From Octopus bimaculoides (Eukaryota), in contig NC_068985.1 of assembly GCF_001194135.2 (NCBI RefSeq), positions 43,243,772-43,307,771 on the forward strand: 64,000 nucleotides of DNA, in the 5' to 3' direction. The stretch's first letter is position 1. Each line of letters starts with the position of its first letter. Of this stretch, positions 13,732 to 27,634 are shown piece by piece. Both the position numbers and the translations under genes were made by a program. The notes under the pieces were generated by a model. It saw nothing but the letters and a program-made list of their open reading frames with translations, did not search any database and was not told the DNA's origin.

Positions 13732-14750
13732 CAGAGAGAGAGAGGAGCTAGGAAGTGCGCGAAGAGAGGGGGAGAGATAGAGAGAGCGCGTGCGCGAGGG
13801 GGGAGCGTGCGCGAGAGAGAGAGAGAGAGAGAAAGGAGCGAGAGAGAGAGAGAGAAAGGAGCGAGAGAGAGAGAGAAAGGAGCGAGAGAGAAAGGAGCGA
13901 GAGAGAAAGGAGCGAGTGAGAGAGAAAGGAGCGAGTGAGAGAGAAAGGAGCGAGTGAGAGNNNNNNNNNNNNNNNNNNNNNNNNNNNNNNNNNNNNNNNN
14001 NNNNNNNNNNNNNNNNNNNNNNNNNNNNNNNNNNNNNNNNNNNNNNNNNNNNNNNNNNNNNNNNNNNNNNNNNNNNNNNNNNNNNNNNNNNNNNNNNNNN
14101 NNNNNNNNNNNNNNNNNNNNNNNNNNNNNNNNNNNNNNNNNNNNNNNNNNNNNNNNNNNNNNNNNNNNNNNNNNNNNNNNNNNNNNNNNNNNNNNNNNNN
14201 NNNNNNNNNNNNNNNNNNNNNNNNNNNNNNNNNNNNNNNNNNNNNNNNNNNNNNNNNNNNNNNNNNNNNNNNNNNNNNNNNNNNNNNNNNNNNNNNNNNN
14301 NNNNNNNNNNNNNNNNNNNNNNNNNNNNNNNNNNNNNNNNNNNNNNNNNNNNNNNNNNNNNNNNNNNNNNNNNNNNNNNNNNNNNNNNNNNNNNNNNNNN
14401 NNNNNNNNNNNNNNNNNNNNNNNNNNNNNNNNNNNNNNNNNNNNNNNNNNNNNNNNNNNNNNNNNNNNNNNNNNNNNNNNNNNNNNNNNNNNNNNNNNNN
14501 NNNNNNNNNNNNNNNNNNNNNNNNNNNNNNNNNNNNNNNNNNNNNNNNNNNNNNNNNNNNNNNNNNNNNNNNNNNNNNNNGAGAGAGAGAGAAAGGAGCG
14601 AGTGAGAGAGAGAGAAAGGAGCGAGTGAGAGAGAGAGAAAGGAGCGAGTGAGAGAGAGAGAAAGGAGGGAGTGAGAGAGAGAGAAAGGAGCGAGAGAGAG
14701 CGAGAGAGAGGAGCGAGCGAGTGAGTGAGAGAGAGAGAAAGGCGAGAGAG
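13732..14750. repeat. Complex (GA)n / GAGAAAGGAGCGA satellite in tubulin intron 3, spanning a 620-N gap
   Basis: Directly visible. N run at 13961-14580. Confidence 0.95.
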
Positions 14751-15253
14751 AAAAAAAAACAGATCTCCATCTGTTTTGTGAAGTTGTTTTAACAGAAGAC
14801 CAATTATTGAATTATTACAAGAACAGTGGCTGACAATGTTATATAATCTAGTCTGCTATGTGTGTGTATGTGACAATATATGTAGGTTGCGAATTAAAGT
14901 GTAAGGGGACCGTTTGCGAGCTGATCGCATTTTATTAATTTTCAACCACCAACCAATGAGCGATAGTTTTGTCTTGCTCATTTTTGCCTTCTCTTTGTTG
15001 CATCGTTTATCGATTTTATCGTACATTTTTTAATATTGCGACAGTCACACTATTTCAATTGGTTGGCGTTTGGGTGTCAAGTTTATTAGAGGCTGCCACA
15101 CCATTAGGAGAAATACGGTACATATATATATAAAATAATACAAGCGTTGCTTTAAAAATGTATGAAACTAGAATTGAAAAACGCACACGCTCAAATAATA
15201 AACCTTAAAAAGTATGAGACTAGCATTGTTGCTCAAAAATATTGGAATCACCG

Positions 15254-15768
15254 TATGTTGTACGTTCTGTGGCATCCTTTTTATCACAAGAAATTTGTTT
15301 AGTTCATCGAAATTAAGTTATATTAAAAATTTATCAAGTTAAATTATCGTATACTCAATTTTAAAACGTGTACAGAGATACATGTCATTTACTTATTATC
15401 CATGATAATTTTTCTAAATTAACAAGTAATCACTCAAAAATAATTTAGTAATAATTTGTTTAATTAGCATAACTACTCCATTAATGTGTATCAATGTGAA
15501 CTATCTTTGCTTATAATTATTTTAGTTTTGTACTTTCACTGTTATATACATTCGATTTCATAAATCCATTTTTTTGTTATGATATTTTGCATGCAGTGTG
15601 AAATGTTTTTATATACTTTGGTAAGAAGAGCATTATAATGAATTTCCTTAGTCCAAGTTAATATTTTGTACATTTTCAAATTTTTATATAAATAACTTGG
15701 TTTAATAATTATGTCTTAATTCACAAGAGTCTCTTTTCGTTTTAAGATGCCACAGAATGTACAACATA
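15254..15768. mobile_element. MITE with 23-bp TIRs (tubulin intron 3)
   Basis: TATGTTGTACGTTCTGTGGCATC (15254-15276) matches the reverse complement of 15746-15768 at 22/23. TA ends, AT-rich non-coding interior. Confidence 0.7.
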
Positions 15769-16154
15769 GTTATTGTAATATTCAACATCTAGTTATTCTA
15801 TATATAGGTATTCTAATATTCAACAATATACAGTTATTCTATATATAGGTATTCTAACATTCAACATCCTGGTGTAGTGGTTAAGAGCACAGGCTACTAA
15901 ACCCAAGATTCAGAACATATAGCTATCCAAAGCTAGTCCCATACCTTTTTAAGCTTTTATTATGACATTCTGTAACCCTTTTGAGCGCGTGCATTTTTCA
16001 ATTCTAGTCATATATGGGACTCTTCACAGTTTCTACGAACTCAGTTTCGATCGTATGCCTTGAATCAACCGAAAGTCTTTAGTGGAAGATACTTGCCCAA
16101 AATAATACGTGCAGTAAGATCAAACCCAGGGCACAAATTATTTCAAAACTATCA

Positions 16155-16601
<447 letters not shown>

Positions 16602-16722
16602 TCAGGGTGATAAAACCTTAAACATATGTACAATACTGGATTCCTGATTAAATTATTTATGTATTAAACATGTTAGAACTTCGTGCAGATGGCAGATTTG
16701 ATTAATAATTGAATGTATTACA

Positions 16723-16945
16723 TACAAGGGGGTGCTGAAAAGTTCTTGGCCTTTAAGGGTGTTGTGAAATGCCTGGTTAGAGGCCCAACCTCCCTCCAAA
16801 GTTCTTTTTCACAGTACCTAGAAAAACCGAAGAACCGTTGCAATGCGTGTGTAAATCTGAAAGGGGAATTATGTTGCATAAAATCATAACATCCCACTGT
16901 ATTTTCTTTTAACCAAAGCCATGAATTTTACAGCAACTCCTCATA
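16723..16945 (+). mobile_element. Mariner-derived MITE (tubulin intron 2)
   Basis: TIRs TACAAGGGGGTGCTGAAAAGTTC / GAATTTTACAGCAACTCCTCATA with TA ends. Homologous to 60917-61132. Confidence 0.7.
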
Positions 16946-17472
16946 TGTGTGTGTGATGTACTTATTCATCTCAAAACCCTACTTTCTATGCTTATATGGA
17001 TCAAAAGCAGATTTTGTAGTCAGATGCCCTTCCTATTTAAGGTAAAGAACACTACTTGTTTACGACCACCACAACAAAGTGGACACTCCCCCCACTATAC
17101 ACACATTTGTTCATATGGGTTGGGCATAATTCATTGAGGTAGATTTCTACACACAAATGCCCTTCCTGTCATCAACACCCAACCGTTTTCGAAAAAGGCA
17201 ATATTTCCCCGTGGCACCACTAGTATCTAGTAGGATAGTGACGCTCATTTACAAATGTCATGTAATATCAAGACAAGGTTTCTTTCAGTTTCTATCTAAC
17301 AAATTAACTCAAAGCCAGGGTTGTACAGCATAACACAATCTGTTATGCTGTAGGACTGAAACAAAAACCACATGGTTGAAAAACAAGCAACTTAACCACA
17401 AATCTATGCCTGCGTTTTGTATACATACATTATTTAACATAATATTTATGTAATCAGTAATATTGACAATTA

Positions 17473-17586
<114 letters not shown>

Positions 17587-19915
17587 CTAGACAAATTAAA
17601 AATAAAATAAATTTACATTGCGTATAGTTAAAAATGAAAGGTCTTCACAAAACTCAAGAATAAAATGAAAACAGTTTTATACACACACATGCCCTCCACC
17701 CACCTGTCTATGATGTTTCTTCTATTGTCCTTGCCTTTATCACTTATCCCAGGTGTTCATCTCAATCACGGTCCATCCTTCTCGTTCTTACTGTACAATG
17801 CTGTCAGACAAACCCAAGGACGTGTTTGACATACTGCACAGAGATTTTAATATCTGTATGTATCTCATACTCCTACCATTGGGTATTTGGTATCGACATT
17901 ATTCACTTTTACTCTTATGCCCTCATGGCAATGCCACAAAATGCACCCAATTCACTCAGCTAAATGTAATCTTTTAGTCTTGACTTCCTGTAGCATTAGT
18001 GAAGAGGGAACAAAATACTTTCTTGCTTAGGACATCTAGCAATAGAAATCTAGCCAAAAATGAAACCAAGCAAAATGTCGTCCTCCAACCCATACCAGCA
18101 TGGAAAACTGAAGTGATGTCACTGATACTCATGTAGATACTATCAAACTGCTATTGAAAAATTTGCAATGGAAATTATCTTCGCAATTAAAAGACTAAAA
18201 TCTCCTATGTGAACTTGCTATACACACAAGTATACTAAATATACATGTATGGCACCACATAAAAAGCACCCAGTACATTTTGTAAAGCGGTTGGTATTAC
18301 GAAGGCCATTCAGCCATAAAAACCATACCTAAACAGACAAATGGAGCCTGGTGGAGCTCACCAGTTCCTGTCAAACTGTCCAATTCATGCCAGCATGGAA
18401 AATAGACGTTAAATGATGCCAAACACTAGTGTAAGTATTTAGTATACAGAACACTCCTAAGCTATCGTCTTTCAGCTTTGTAACCAATATTCATAACCAG
18501 TACTGCTTTATTCTGTCTACTTCTGTATACATTCTAATCACACTAATATCAAGCTGTATCCCTTCAAAACCAGTTGAGGAGGGTAAACTTGCATACATGA
18601 ACTGCTGGTCTTCACTTAAAATTTACTTTCCCAACAAAGCATTCAAGTGTAGATTCAGTCTTGTAAAACAGGGATCCCAGATCTATATATTCTAACAAAG
18701 GCATCTGGCCATATACAAGCATTTTATCAAAAGTAACAAAAAAATCTGAGAGAAAATTGGTTGGTATATAATGTCTATATAACATGTACAGTTCATGCTA
18801 GTTGGTTCATACCTGCATATAAAACCCTACATAATGCAGTAAGGTATTTAACCAGGAGTGGTGGTGTTGTCAGGCAATTCTCTTTATTTTGAGATTCCAT
18901 GTCCACGTTGACCAAGCAGGGAGTCATTTGAGGAAGACCTTTCAGCCAATAACCACTCCAATTTTCTTACCTCAAAAACTATGTTGCATTGGCTCATAAC
19001 ACAAGTAAATTAAAAGTCGTAATTTGAGACTAAGCTGCTATGTACCATTGGGTCAATACATGGTGGCTCCATCACTGATTTATTCATAGTTTTTATGTAT
19101 TATGCAATAATTAAAAACTTTGTCAACATAGAAGCACGTTCGTTTCCAGTCAAAACCAGTGAAAGTGAACTGCTTCTAGGTCCTTTCACACAGATCTCTC
19201 TAGTTCATGCATGACAGAGGGGGTTTTTTTAAACGGTAATTTTGTTTCAGTTTTCAAACTGCAGTTGTCATCCTCCTCCTTCCCAATCTCCCCCTGCTAT
19301 ATTTTTTTTCACGTCTCGTTTTCACTGTGTAACACTGTTCCAAAGACAAGAGAGATTGACTCCTACAAGTAACTTTAGTTGTCACTAGGTTCTTAACAGT
19401 ATGTAACTGCAATTCAAAAAATTTTCTGCAAAAAAAAAGAAAAAAAGAGCTAGGCAATCTTCTCGTGAGAAAAAGTTTAGCCTAATTCTAAAAAGAATTT
19501 GCAGAGGATGAAGAGAATTGAGTTTAATGCTCTAACAATTCTGCCAATCCACTATTCTAGACTGACACTTTATTTTATTGTCCAAGGTAACTTTGACAGG
19601 ACTTGAACTCAAGAATACAACTAGATCAAATACAAATATTTTGTTCTATACGAACAACTTAACCAAAGCAAGTGACCGTATAGACGTACCCTTGTTGGCT
19701 AATGTTTTGCTTTTTACACTTTCATGTTAAGCCCTTTAGCTCAGGAGTTTTTTTTTTAATGTTTAAACGAGCAGCTCTTCTCTCAAATGTTTAGGATACT
19801 GGAGGTCTTCAGAATGAGGATTAGCAAGCACATCTTCCACTGATGTATTGAGCCTGTACACACACCCTTTTGACTTCTTCCAAAATGTCAAAATGTGGTA
19901 GCTGGAGGGAGAATA

Positions 19916-19983
19916 CTGATCAAAAGGATAATCCAAAACTGATCAAAAGGATAATCCAAAACTGATCAAAAGTATAATCCAAA
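19916..19983. repeat. 23-bp tandem repeat x3
   Basis: CTGATCAAAAGGATAATCCAAAA repeated three times. Confidence 0.9.
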
Positions 19984-20309
19984 TTAATTTTGAACTAAGA
20001 ACAATAAGACTAGAATATGATGCATTTTGCCTAGCATAAGCAATTCTGACAATTTCCTGCCATACTACACACGAGGCTTTCAAATTTTTGGCACAAGACC
20101 AACTAATTCAGGGGAGGAGGTTCTATTACATTAACCTCTGTACTTGGCTGGAACTTATTTCATCAATCCTGAAAGGATGATCTCGGCAGGATTTCAACTG
20201 AATGTAAAGCCAGAAGAAATGGTAAACATTTTGTTCGGTGTGCAAACAATTCTGCTAGCTTGCCACCTTCATTATAAGAATAGTTTCTAATTTAGGCATA
20301 AGGCCAGCA

Positions 20310-20727
20310 GTTGAAATCGTTGTGGCAGATGCCAGTTGCTGCCTGACTGGCACGTAAAAAGCACCATTCGATCGTGGTCGTTGCCAGTGCCACTTGACTA
20401 GCTCCCGTGCCGGTGGCACGTAAAAAGCACCATTCAAGCGTGGTCGATACCAGTACCGCTTGACGCCCTCGTGCCGATGGCACGTAAAAAGTNNNNNNNN
20501 NNNNNNGTGGCACGTAAAAAGCACCATTCAAGCGTGGTCGATACCAGTACCGCTTGACGCCCTCGTGCCGATGGCACGTAAAAAGTATCCGCTACACTCT
20601 TGGAGTGGTTGGCGTTAGGAAGGAACCTTGCCAGATCAGATTTGAACCTGGTACAGCCTTCTGGCTTGTCAGTCCTGTCAAACCGTCCAACCGATGCCAA
20701 CATGGAAAGCGGACATTAAACGATGAT
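20310..20727 (+). mobile_element. RTE 3'-UTR fragment with internal tandem ~60-70 bp TGGCACGTAAAAAGCACC units
   Basis: Same 3' end as the 20830-21660 copy. It spans a 14-N gap with identical flanks. Confidence 0.7.
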
Positions 20728-20829
20728 TATATATATCATATATATATATATCAACCCTAGTAGGATGAAAGATGGAACAGGAACAACTACCGCAAGGCAA
20801 TTTTCCCCTATTGAGAGGCCCTTTGTTAC

Positions 20830-21660
20830 TTCCGCTGGCAAGAAAGGGTATCTCTCTGAGTGAAAGGCAGATTGTATGATGCCAGTGTGCGAACAGCTAT
20901 GCTACATGGTAGTGGAACATGGGCTGTGACAGCCGAGGACGTCCATAGGCTTGAAAGAAATGAAGCCAGTATGCTTCACTGGATGTGCAATGTTAGACAT
21001 CAGATGTGGTGTGCAAGAGAGAGAACTGCGCTGGTATGGTCATGTGATGTGTATGAACGAGGATAACTGTGTAAAGTGCCAATCTCTAACCGTGAAAGAA
21101 ACCTGTGGTAGAGGTAGACCCAGGAAGACAAAGAACAAAATAGTGAAATATGTTCTTCGAACTTTGAGTTACAGAGGCAATGGCTAGTGACCGAGAGACC
21201 TTTGGCGATATGCCGTGCTTGAGAAAATCCGTCAAGTGAAATCGTAATCATGGCTGATGCCGGTGTCACGTAACTGGAACTCGTGCCGGTGGTACGTAAA
21301 GTGCACCTTCCGAGCATTGGGCCCCATGGGAGGCAAAGTGGCCGAGTTCCTTTCGAGCGTTGGGCCTCAGGGAGGCAACGACCGAAACCTTTGGCATTAT
21401 GTCGTGCTTATGAAGACCCGTCAAGGCGAGCAAAATTGCCGTTGTGATAGATACTGGTATCATGGAAATGGTACTCGTGCCGGTGGCACCGGCAAAGCAC
21501 CCATTACACTCTCAGAGTGGTTGGCGTTAGGAAGGACATCCAAACATAGAAAACCATGCCAAATCAGACTGGAGTCTGGTGCAGCCTTCCAGCTTACCAG
21601 CTCTGGTCAAACCGTCCAACCCATGCCATCATAGACAACGTACGTTAAATGATGACGACT
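20830..21660 (+). mobile_element. RTE LINE 3' fragment (RT C-terminus plus 3' UTR)
   Basis: KGRLYDASVRTAMLHGSGTW..LRWYGHVM..GRGRPRKT followed by a 3' UTR with TGGCACGTAAAAGCACC-type repeats, ending GTTAAATGATGAC. Confidence 0.8.
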
Positions 21661-22727
21661 ACTAACGATTCTGACAGTTTACCTGTATTGTAACAATATA
21701 CAGAAAACACTACCAGACAAACGTTATTCAAAATATTTACGAAATATCTTTAAAAAATCCCTGAAATATTAATTTCTAACAGATAGAAAGACCTCAAACT
21801 CAGTGTTTTTTTTTACATATGACAGTGCATGATTGGTAAAGGTTAAGTTTTTCCGTTGAGAGTTTAACAATTCCCACCAGGTTTTCGTTCACCGAGAAGA
21901 AAGTTTCTATAATTTCACACCTTCACAATCAGTTAGCCCACTTTGCCTACAACTCTTTTCATTGTTTATTTAATAAGCTAGCATTCTGTTAAGTCAACCA
22001 AGGGCAATACCCCACCAGTAATGCTTTGCGGATTGTATCATGTTAATAAATCCACCCCTACCCTGACAAAAAACTGATTTAAAATCATGATACAGATTAG
22101 ATAAATCTACAGTACAACACACGGTCACTTCTGCCTCACTTGTCACTGGTACTGTCCTATTGTCAACAATCCATCCCATTATAAGGCAAACACCTCTATA
22201 AACATTGACCAATAACTTCAATACTCGGCCATAAATGAGAGCTGTGAAAGTGGCTAAGTGAGAATAGAGAGGTGGACCTAGGTAGATCCTTTTCCCAGGA
22301 TCGCATGGTGAAGGTGTAACATCGAGGAAGCATAAGTAGTTTGACAGGCAAGGAGCCGGATCTGAATGGTTACAATAAACTGGACTCTCCTAAAAGCACC
22401 CAGGAATAATGAATTTCATTAAATCTACCAACCACCCAAGTTCAAGTACAGTCCATCATCTGATGAGTTTTCAGTTTTGATTGACCCAGTTGTATTACCA
22501 CACTCTTGGACTAATCCAAGAATATAGTTGAAGACACTGGCTCAATGTACCACGAAATTGTATTAAACTTGGAAGTACTGAATTGCAAGGCAAACTTCTT
22601 AACCATACAGCGATGATTGTAATCACTCAGATAAAAAAAATTGTTAATAAAACAATCGGCAGCAGCAGTCATAGAGATGACTAGAGTGTTAATTGATCAA
22701 TGCGTAGTGCGTCGGGGAGGGGGGGTA

Positions 22728-23520
22728 TACGAGGGGGTACACAAATGTAACCGGAAACGTACGCAGTTGGATCAAACCCGTGGTGGTTCAAGATTCCGCT
22801 GCTAGAAACCACTTGGTACGACCTTCAAGCATAAATCTACAACCGGTGTCGGCAGGTGAAGTCACTGTCACGCACCGAGCTTTTGTTTTACAGTGCTTCT
22901 CCCTGTTTGTCGATTTTTGCGTTTGCTGAAACGAAGGAACAGCGTGCTTCAGTGAAATTGTTTTCTGATGGGGAAAACGGCAGCCGAAAAAAGATATGCT
23001 TCAAACAGCTTACAAAGACGTTGCCTGGTTTCCACACTTTAGAAATGATCACTTGTCACTTGAAGACGAACGTCATACAGGACGATCGTCATCTCCCGAA
23101 CGAACGAAAACAAACATTCAGGAACTGATCTTGGAGGACTGTCACCGACCAATTGACAAACTTAATATGACTGGTGTGTCCTGGAGCTCCTGTCAACGAA
23201 TTCTGAGCGAGGAATTGCGAATGAAAACAGTTGCTGCAAAATTCGTGCCAAGCTTGCTCAACAGTAGACAAGAAACAGTCACGACTGAATGCCTATCGTG
23301 AACTGAACTGTTAAAAGTTGATTCGGACCCCTTTTCGAAGGTCATCACTGGTGACGAAAGCTGGTGCTACGGAATTTGCAGATGTGGCAGCAGTGAACAA
23401 TAAAACGATGAAGGTGTTAAAAGGCATCACTTCGCAAGAGTTCAAGCAGTGCTTCGAATAGTGGCAAACTCGTTTAGACCGATGCATTGCTTCAAACGGA
23501 GAATGCTTTGAAGGTGGGAT
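22728..23520 (+). mobile_element. Internally deleted mariner transposon
   Basis: 5' TIR TACGAGGGGGTACAC. Transposase remnants EQRASVK, MLQTAYKD, SLEDERHTGR, VSWSSCQRILSEEL..VAAKFVP, KVITGDESWCYG, fused directly to the C-terminal FADVAAV..FKQCFE*WQTRLDRCIASNGECFEG. Confidence 0.85.
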
Positions 23521-23744
23521 ACCCAAAAGAAACCGAATTTTGCAATATTTTATTTTGAAGGGTTTAGTTCACCGGTGATCTAAACAAATAGGTACGCTAA
23601 GTGCTATAATTGGTCATCCGTTAGGTTCCAAGTTCACGGTTGAGGCTGGAGCTAGGGATCCGTATTAGGCTTCCGAGTTAGCAGGTATATATAAGAAAAA
23701 AGGACAACAAAAACTAAGGCAGGACAGATATCTTAAGTCATAGG

Positions 23745-24058
23745 CTAGCATGTCCCTACAATGGGTATACCGTCAGTGGCGAAGTGAGTATGTATGAAAG
23801 TTCTAGACAGATTCACAATCTATAAAATAATAAGGTAGTAGACAGACTAAAGTTCACAGCTCATCTTCCAGAGGGTATGGAGGTTGGGCCGTACTAAGGA
23901 CCTATACCTTCACGGAAGTGCGGACCAACCTCTGGAAGATGAGCTGCGAACTTGATTCTCCCGTTTGTATTCTATCTAGTGCTTTATCCTTCTATATTTT
24001 ATTCCTTATACATACCTTGTCTCCGATGACGGAATACCCAGTTTAGAGACATGCTAAC
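23745..24058. repeat. Foldback/palindromic element in tubulin intron 1
   Basis: Nested inverted arms. AAGTTCACAGCTCATCTTCCAGAGG pairs with CCTCTGGAAGATGAGCTGCGAACTT (24/25), and the outer arms 23745-23800 / 24003-24058 are also complementary. Confidence 0.8.
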
Positions 24059-24114
24059 TTATCACTTCAAATTCACCTTACCCTAATTAAAATATATATA
24101 TATATATATATATA

Positions 24115-24503
24115 GGCACAAGAGTGGCTGTGTGGTAAGTAGCTTGCTTACCAACCACATGGTTCCGGGTCCAATCCCACTGCGTGGCATCTTGGGCAAG
24201 TATCTTCTACTTTAGTCTTGTGAGTGGATTTGGTAGACGGAAACTGAAAGAAGCCCGTCGTATAATACATATGTGTGTGTGTGTGTAAGTTTGTATGTCC
24301 GTGTTTATCCCCCCAACATCGCTTGACAACCGATGCTAGTGTGTTTACGTCCCCGTAACCGTAACTTAGCGGTTCGGCAAAACAGACCGATAGAATAAGT
24401 ACTAGGCTTACAAAGAATTAGTCCCGGGTCTCGATTTGCTCGACTAAAAGGCGGCGAGCCAGCATGGCCACAGCCAAATGACTGAAACAAGTAAAAGAGT
24501 AAA
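24115..24503 (+). mobile_element. tRNA-derived bipartite SINE (family A)
   Basis: A-box-like TGGCTGTGTGGT and B-box-like GGTTCCGGGTCCAATCCC head, an internal (TA/TG)n linker, and a tail ending GACTGAAACAAGTAAAAGAG. Multiple copies in the window. Confidence 0.75.
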
Positions 24504-24505
24504 TA

Positions 24506-24749
24506 TGTATTAATCCCTCGTCATGTCGCGAGTCGCCTATATCGCACTCAGTACATCGAATTTTTCTGGTTAATATATGTAAATTTATATCGCGGGTTTC
24601 TGCGGCTGATAGATATTTATATTGTTTTCACTGTATAACACGAAATATATTAAAAGAAAATACGTAGTGTACCGTAGATGAGCAAACAAAGAATCGCACA
24701 TACTGCACAGAAAATGAAACGCGCGAGGCGAGTGTTTTTGCATTTATTA

Positions 24750-24786
<37 letters not shown>

Positions 24787-24872
24787 CAGTACATTACTCT
24801 TTCTACTTCGGATTTTCACTTATCGCGGAAGGTTTTGGAAAGTAACACCCGCGATAGTCGAGGGATTGCTAC
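24506..24872. mobile_element. pogo/Tigger-like MITE
   Basis: TAATCCCTCG ... CGAGGGATTGCTA termini. Shares interior sequence with the 11627 and 47295 copies. Confidence 0.65.
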
Positions 24873-25384
24873 AGACACACACACACACACTAGATATACA
24901 TACTAGGTAGCACATTTTCGAAGGGTAAAAAAGAAATGATTAAATTTTGATACTATTCAATAATGTAATCATTTTCAAAATCTGCAGTACAATGTGAAGG
25001 TATATTCTAGATATGTGGTTTTTCTCAAAAAAATAAATAAAAATAAAATTAAATTAAAATTAAAATAAACAGCATTTTCAATGTCCAGTAATAAAATATG
25101 GAACAAATTCCGGCCCGAACGATCTATTTCCCATGCCCCAATGCTGAAATTGTTAGGCAGAGTGAATCCTTGCATTATCATACTGGAGTATACTGAGCCG
25201 TTGTTTATTGAAGCTGGTCACATTCAATATAATCATTTTACTCAACCGAGTTGGGGACTAACACCATCTGCAGTAACTATCATTCGTTTCAGTACCCCAT
25301 TAATAGACAGTACTTTGTATTTCAGAGATATAGCAGGGACTTCTGTGAATGAAATCCTGCAATAGGTGTGAACATCAGTTTTTC

Positions 25385-25700
25385 ATTTATTCTTTTGTTT
25401 CAATCATTTGATTGCAGCCATCCTAGAGCCCCAGGACTTATTCTTTGTAAGCCTAGTACTTATTCTATCTCCCCTTGCCGAACCGCTAAGTTATGAGGAC
25501 ATAAACACACCAACACAGTTGTCAAACGATGAGGAGAGAGGGAACAAAAACATACACGACGGGCTTCTTTCATTTTCCGTCAACCAAATCCACTTACAAG
25601 GCTTTGGTCGGCTCGAGGTTATAGTAGACACTTGCCCAAGGAGCCACTAGGTGGGACTGAATCCCAAACCATATGGCTGTGAAACAAGTTTCTTACATTT
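25385..25700 (-). mobile_element. SINE family A copy
   Basis: Reverse-complement homology to 24115-24503. Confidence 0.7.
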
Positions 25701-27634
25701 TTCTTTTATTTTCTTTCTACGTGTATCTATTTTCTATTACCTAGATTCAATGTGGTTGAAAAATCAGGTTACTGTTCGTTGTCAAGAAAGTGCTACACAG
25801 TGAAACAGCAAGTTCAGTCCTTAAATGGTAACTCAAAGGAAGCCAAACCATCTCTTTGTACTACTACCCAATTTCTATATTAACTTTGTGGTGCTTAGAT
25901 GAGGATCTGATTCAACTGTTCTAGAGACATATTGGAAAAGATAAAAAAACATTTTTAACCTTCTGAAACTAAATGATGTAGAAATTACACGATCAAAAAC
26001 AAGCCTCAAGTACAACTATATCAAAATAAGTATAAATATTACCACCACAATGTATTTCTGCAAACCAGTCAAACCATTAGTTAAAACTGAATAACGACTA
26101 ATATACTAGCAACACATTAAGGTTACAAGACTTATTGCATGCACAATTAACAGAATTAACCTAAACGAAATACAATTTGCACTAGGAAGGGTAACTTACT
26201 GATGTTATGTTTTTAATGCGGCTAAGCTACGAATAAGCTCCTATACTAAGCAAGGATTTCTGTGAATGGAATCCTGCAATAGGTGTGAACATCAGTTTTT
26301 CATTTATTCTTTTACTTGTTTCGATCATTTGATTGTGGCCATCATGGAGCACCACCTTAAAAGTACTTTGATAGAGACACATATAAACTGAGAACCATGC
26401 GTGCAAGAGTTTAAAAGGTCAATTGAATGGAAGAACTTTCTGCACCATCTTATCTGAGTTTTCAAAAGCAAACTTAGTAAAGTTGTAAGTAGGAAAGACA
26501 AAGATCTACAATTGGTGGTTTCAGTTTTTCTCCCTAGAGTTAATGGCAAATTCTATGGCTTTTTTTTTTTTGTTAGAACTATGATGCTATATGGTAGTGA
26601 AGTATGTGCCTCAAATACAGAGGACTTAAAAGCGCTGATCACAATGTGAAGGAAAGCTTGCAGAAGAGGGATACCTTTCAAGACAATGGGACAAAGTAGT
26701 GAAGGCTGATTACAAGACCTTAACCTTACAGAAGTGACAAAACACCAGTAAGGGCTGGTGATATAATTGTCAAAATCTTCCACATTAATGAAACATTCTG
26801 AAAGAACAATATGCATAACACCCCTCCCCCTTCAAGACATCACCTCTAACTGCATATTTCAACAATTTATCCCTGCTTACTACCTGGGATGAGAGAGGAG
26901 AGTACTTGTTATCTATCATTCATTCTATACTTTTTTTTTTACATGAATTACCCAACTGTATCATCTAACCCCACACTTTTACAACCCATTCGTGTCTTTT
27001 CTCACTCACCCATCCTAGGCTCCACTTTTTTTTTTTTTACTATTTTGCTTCTCTTCAACCACCCTACCCCATCTTACTGCCAGTCATCTTGTCTCTTCTA
27101 TCACCAAACTCTAGCATCATTTACTACCCACAACCTTACCCAATTTCTAGTCATCACCTACTCTTCCCTACTTATCCAACAAGTGCTCTTTATATTCACC
27201 CACCCATTCCCTATCTCTAATCACTCTCCACACTTCCTGTTATTCTCAAACTAATCCTTATGGGATCTACCTGATACCTCATCACCACATTTTTTCAACC
27301 ATAACTTGGTCATCCTCTATTCTGAGTAGCTACGTAGCTTGTAGAAAATCCCATAGAAGCCAATGACCTCTCTAATCTGGCCCCTCAACAAAAGGGATTT
27401 TAGTCTTGCTGGTTGCATACTGACCTCACTAAAGCTGGTACCACGACGAGGAAGAGAACTCAGTACACGCTGTAAAGTGACTAGTATTAGGAAAGTTATC
27501 TAACTGTAGAAATCATGTCAAAGAAAACACTGAAGCACAACGCAGTTTTTGGAACCACTGAATCCTGTTGAACCAAGCATAGAAATTCCATATAGTGTAC
27601 TCAGTATAAACTATGGACACAAGAAAGACAGCTC

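Noticed and set aside
20415-20590. Identical ~78-bp sequences either side of a 14-N gap
   Set aside because: Most likely an unmerged contig overlap inside an RTE 3' UTR repeat, not a real duplication.
20340-20590. Regularly spaced TGGCACGTAAAAAGCACC repeats superficially like a CRISPR array
   Set aside because: Eukaryotic locus, the spacers are homologous to each other, and the repeats belong to the RTE LINE 3' UTR seen elsewhere in the window.
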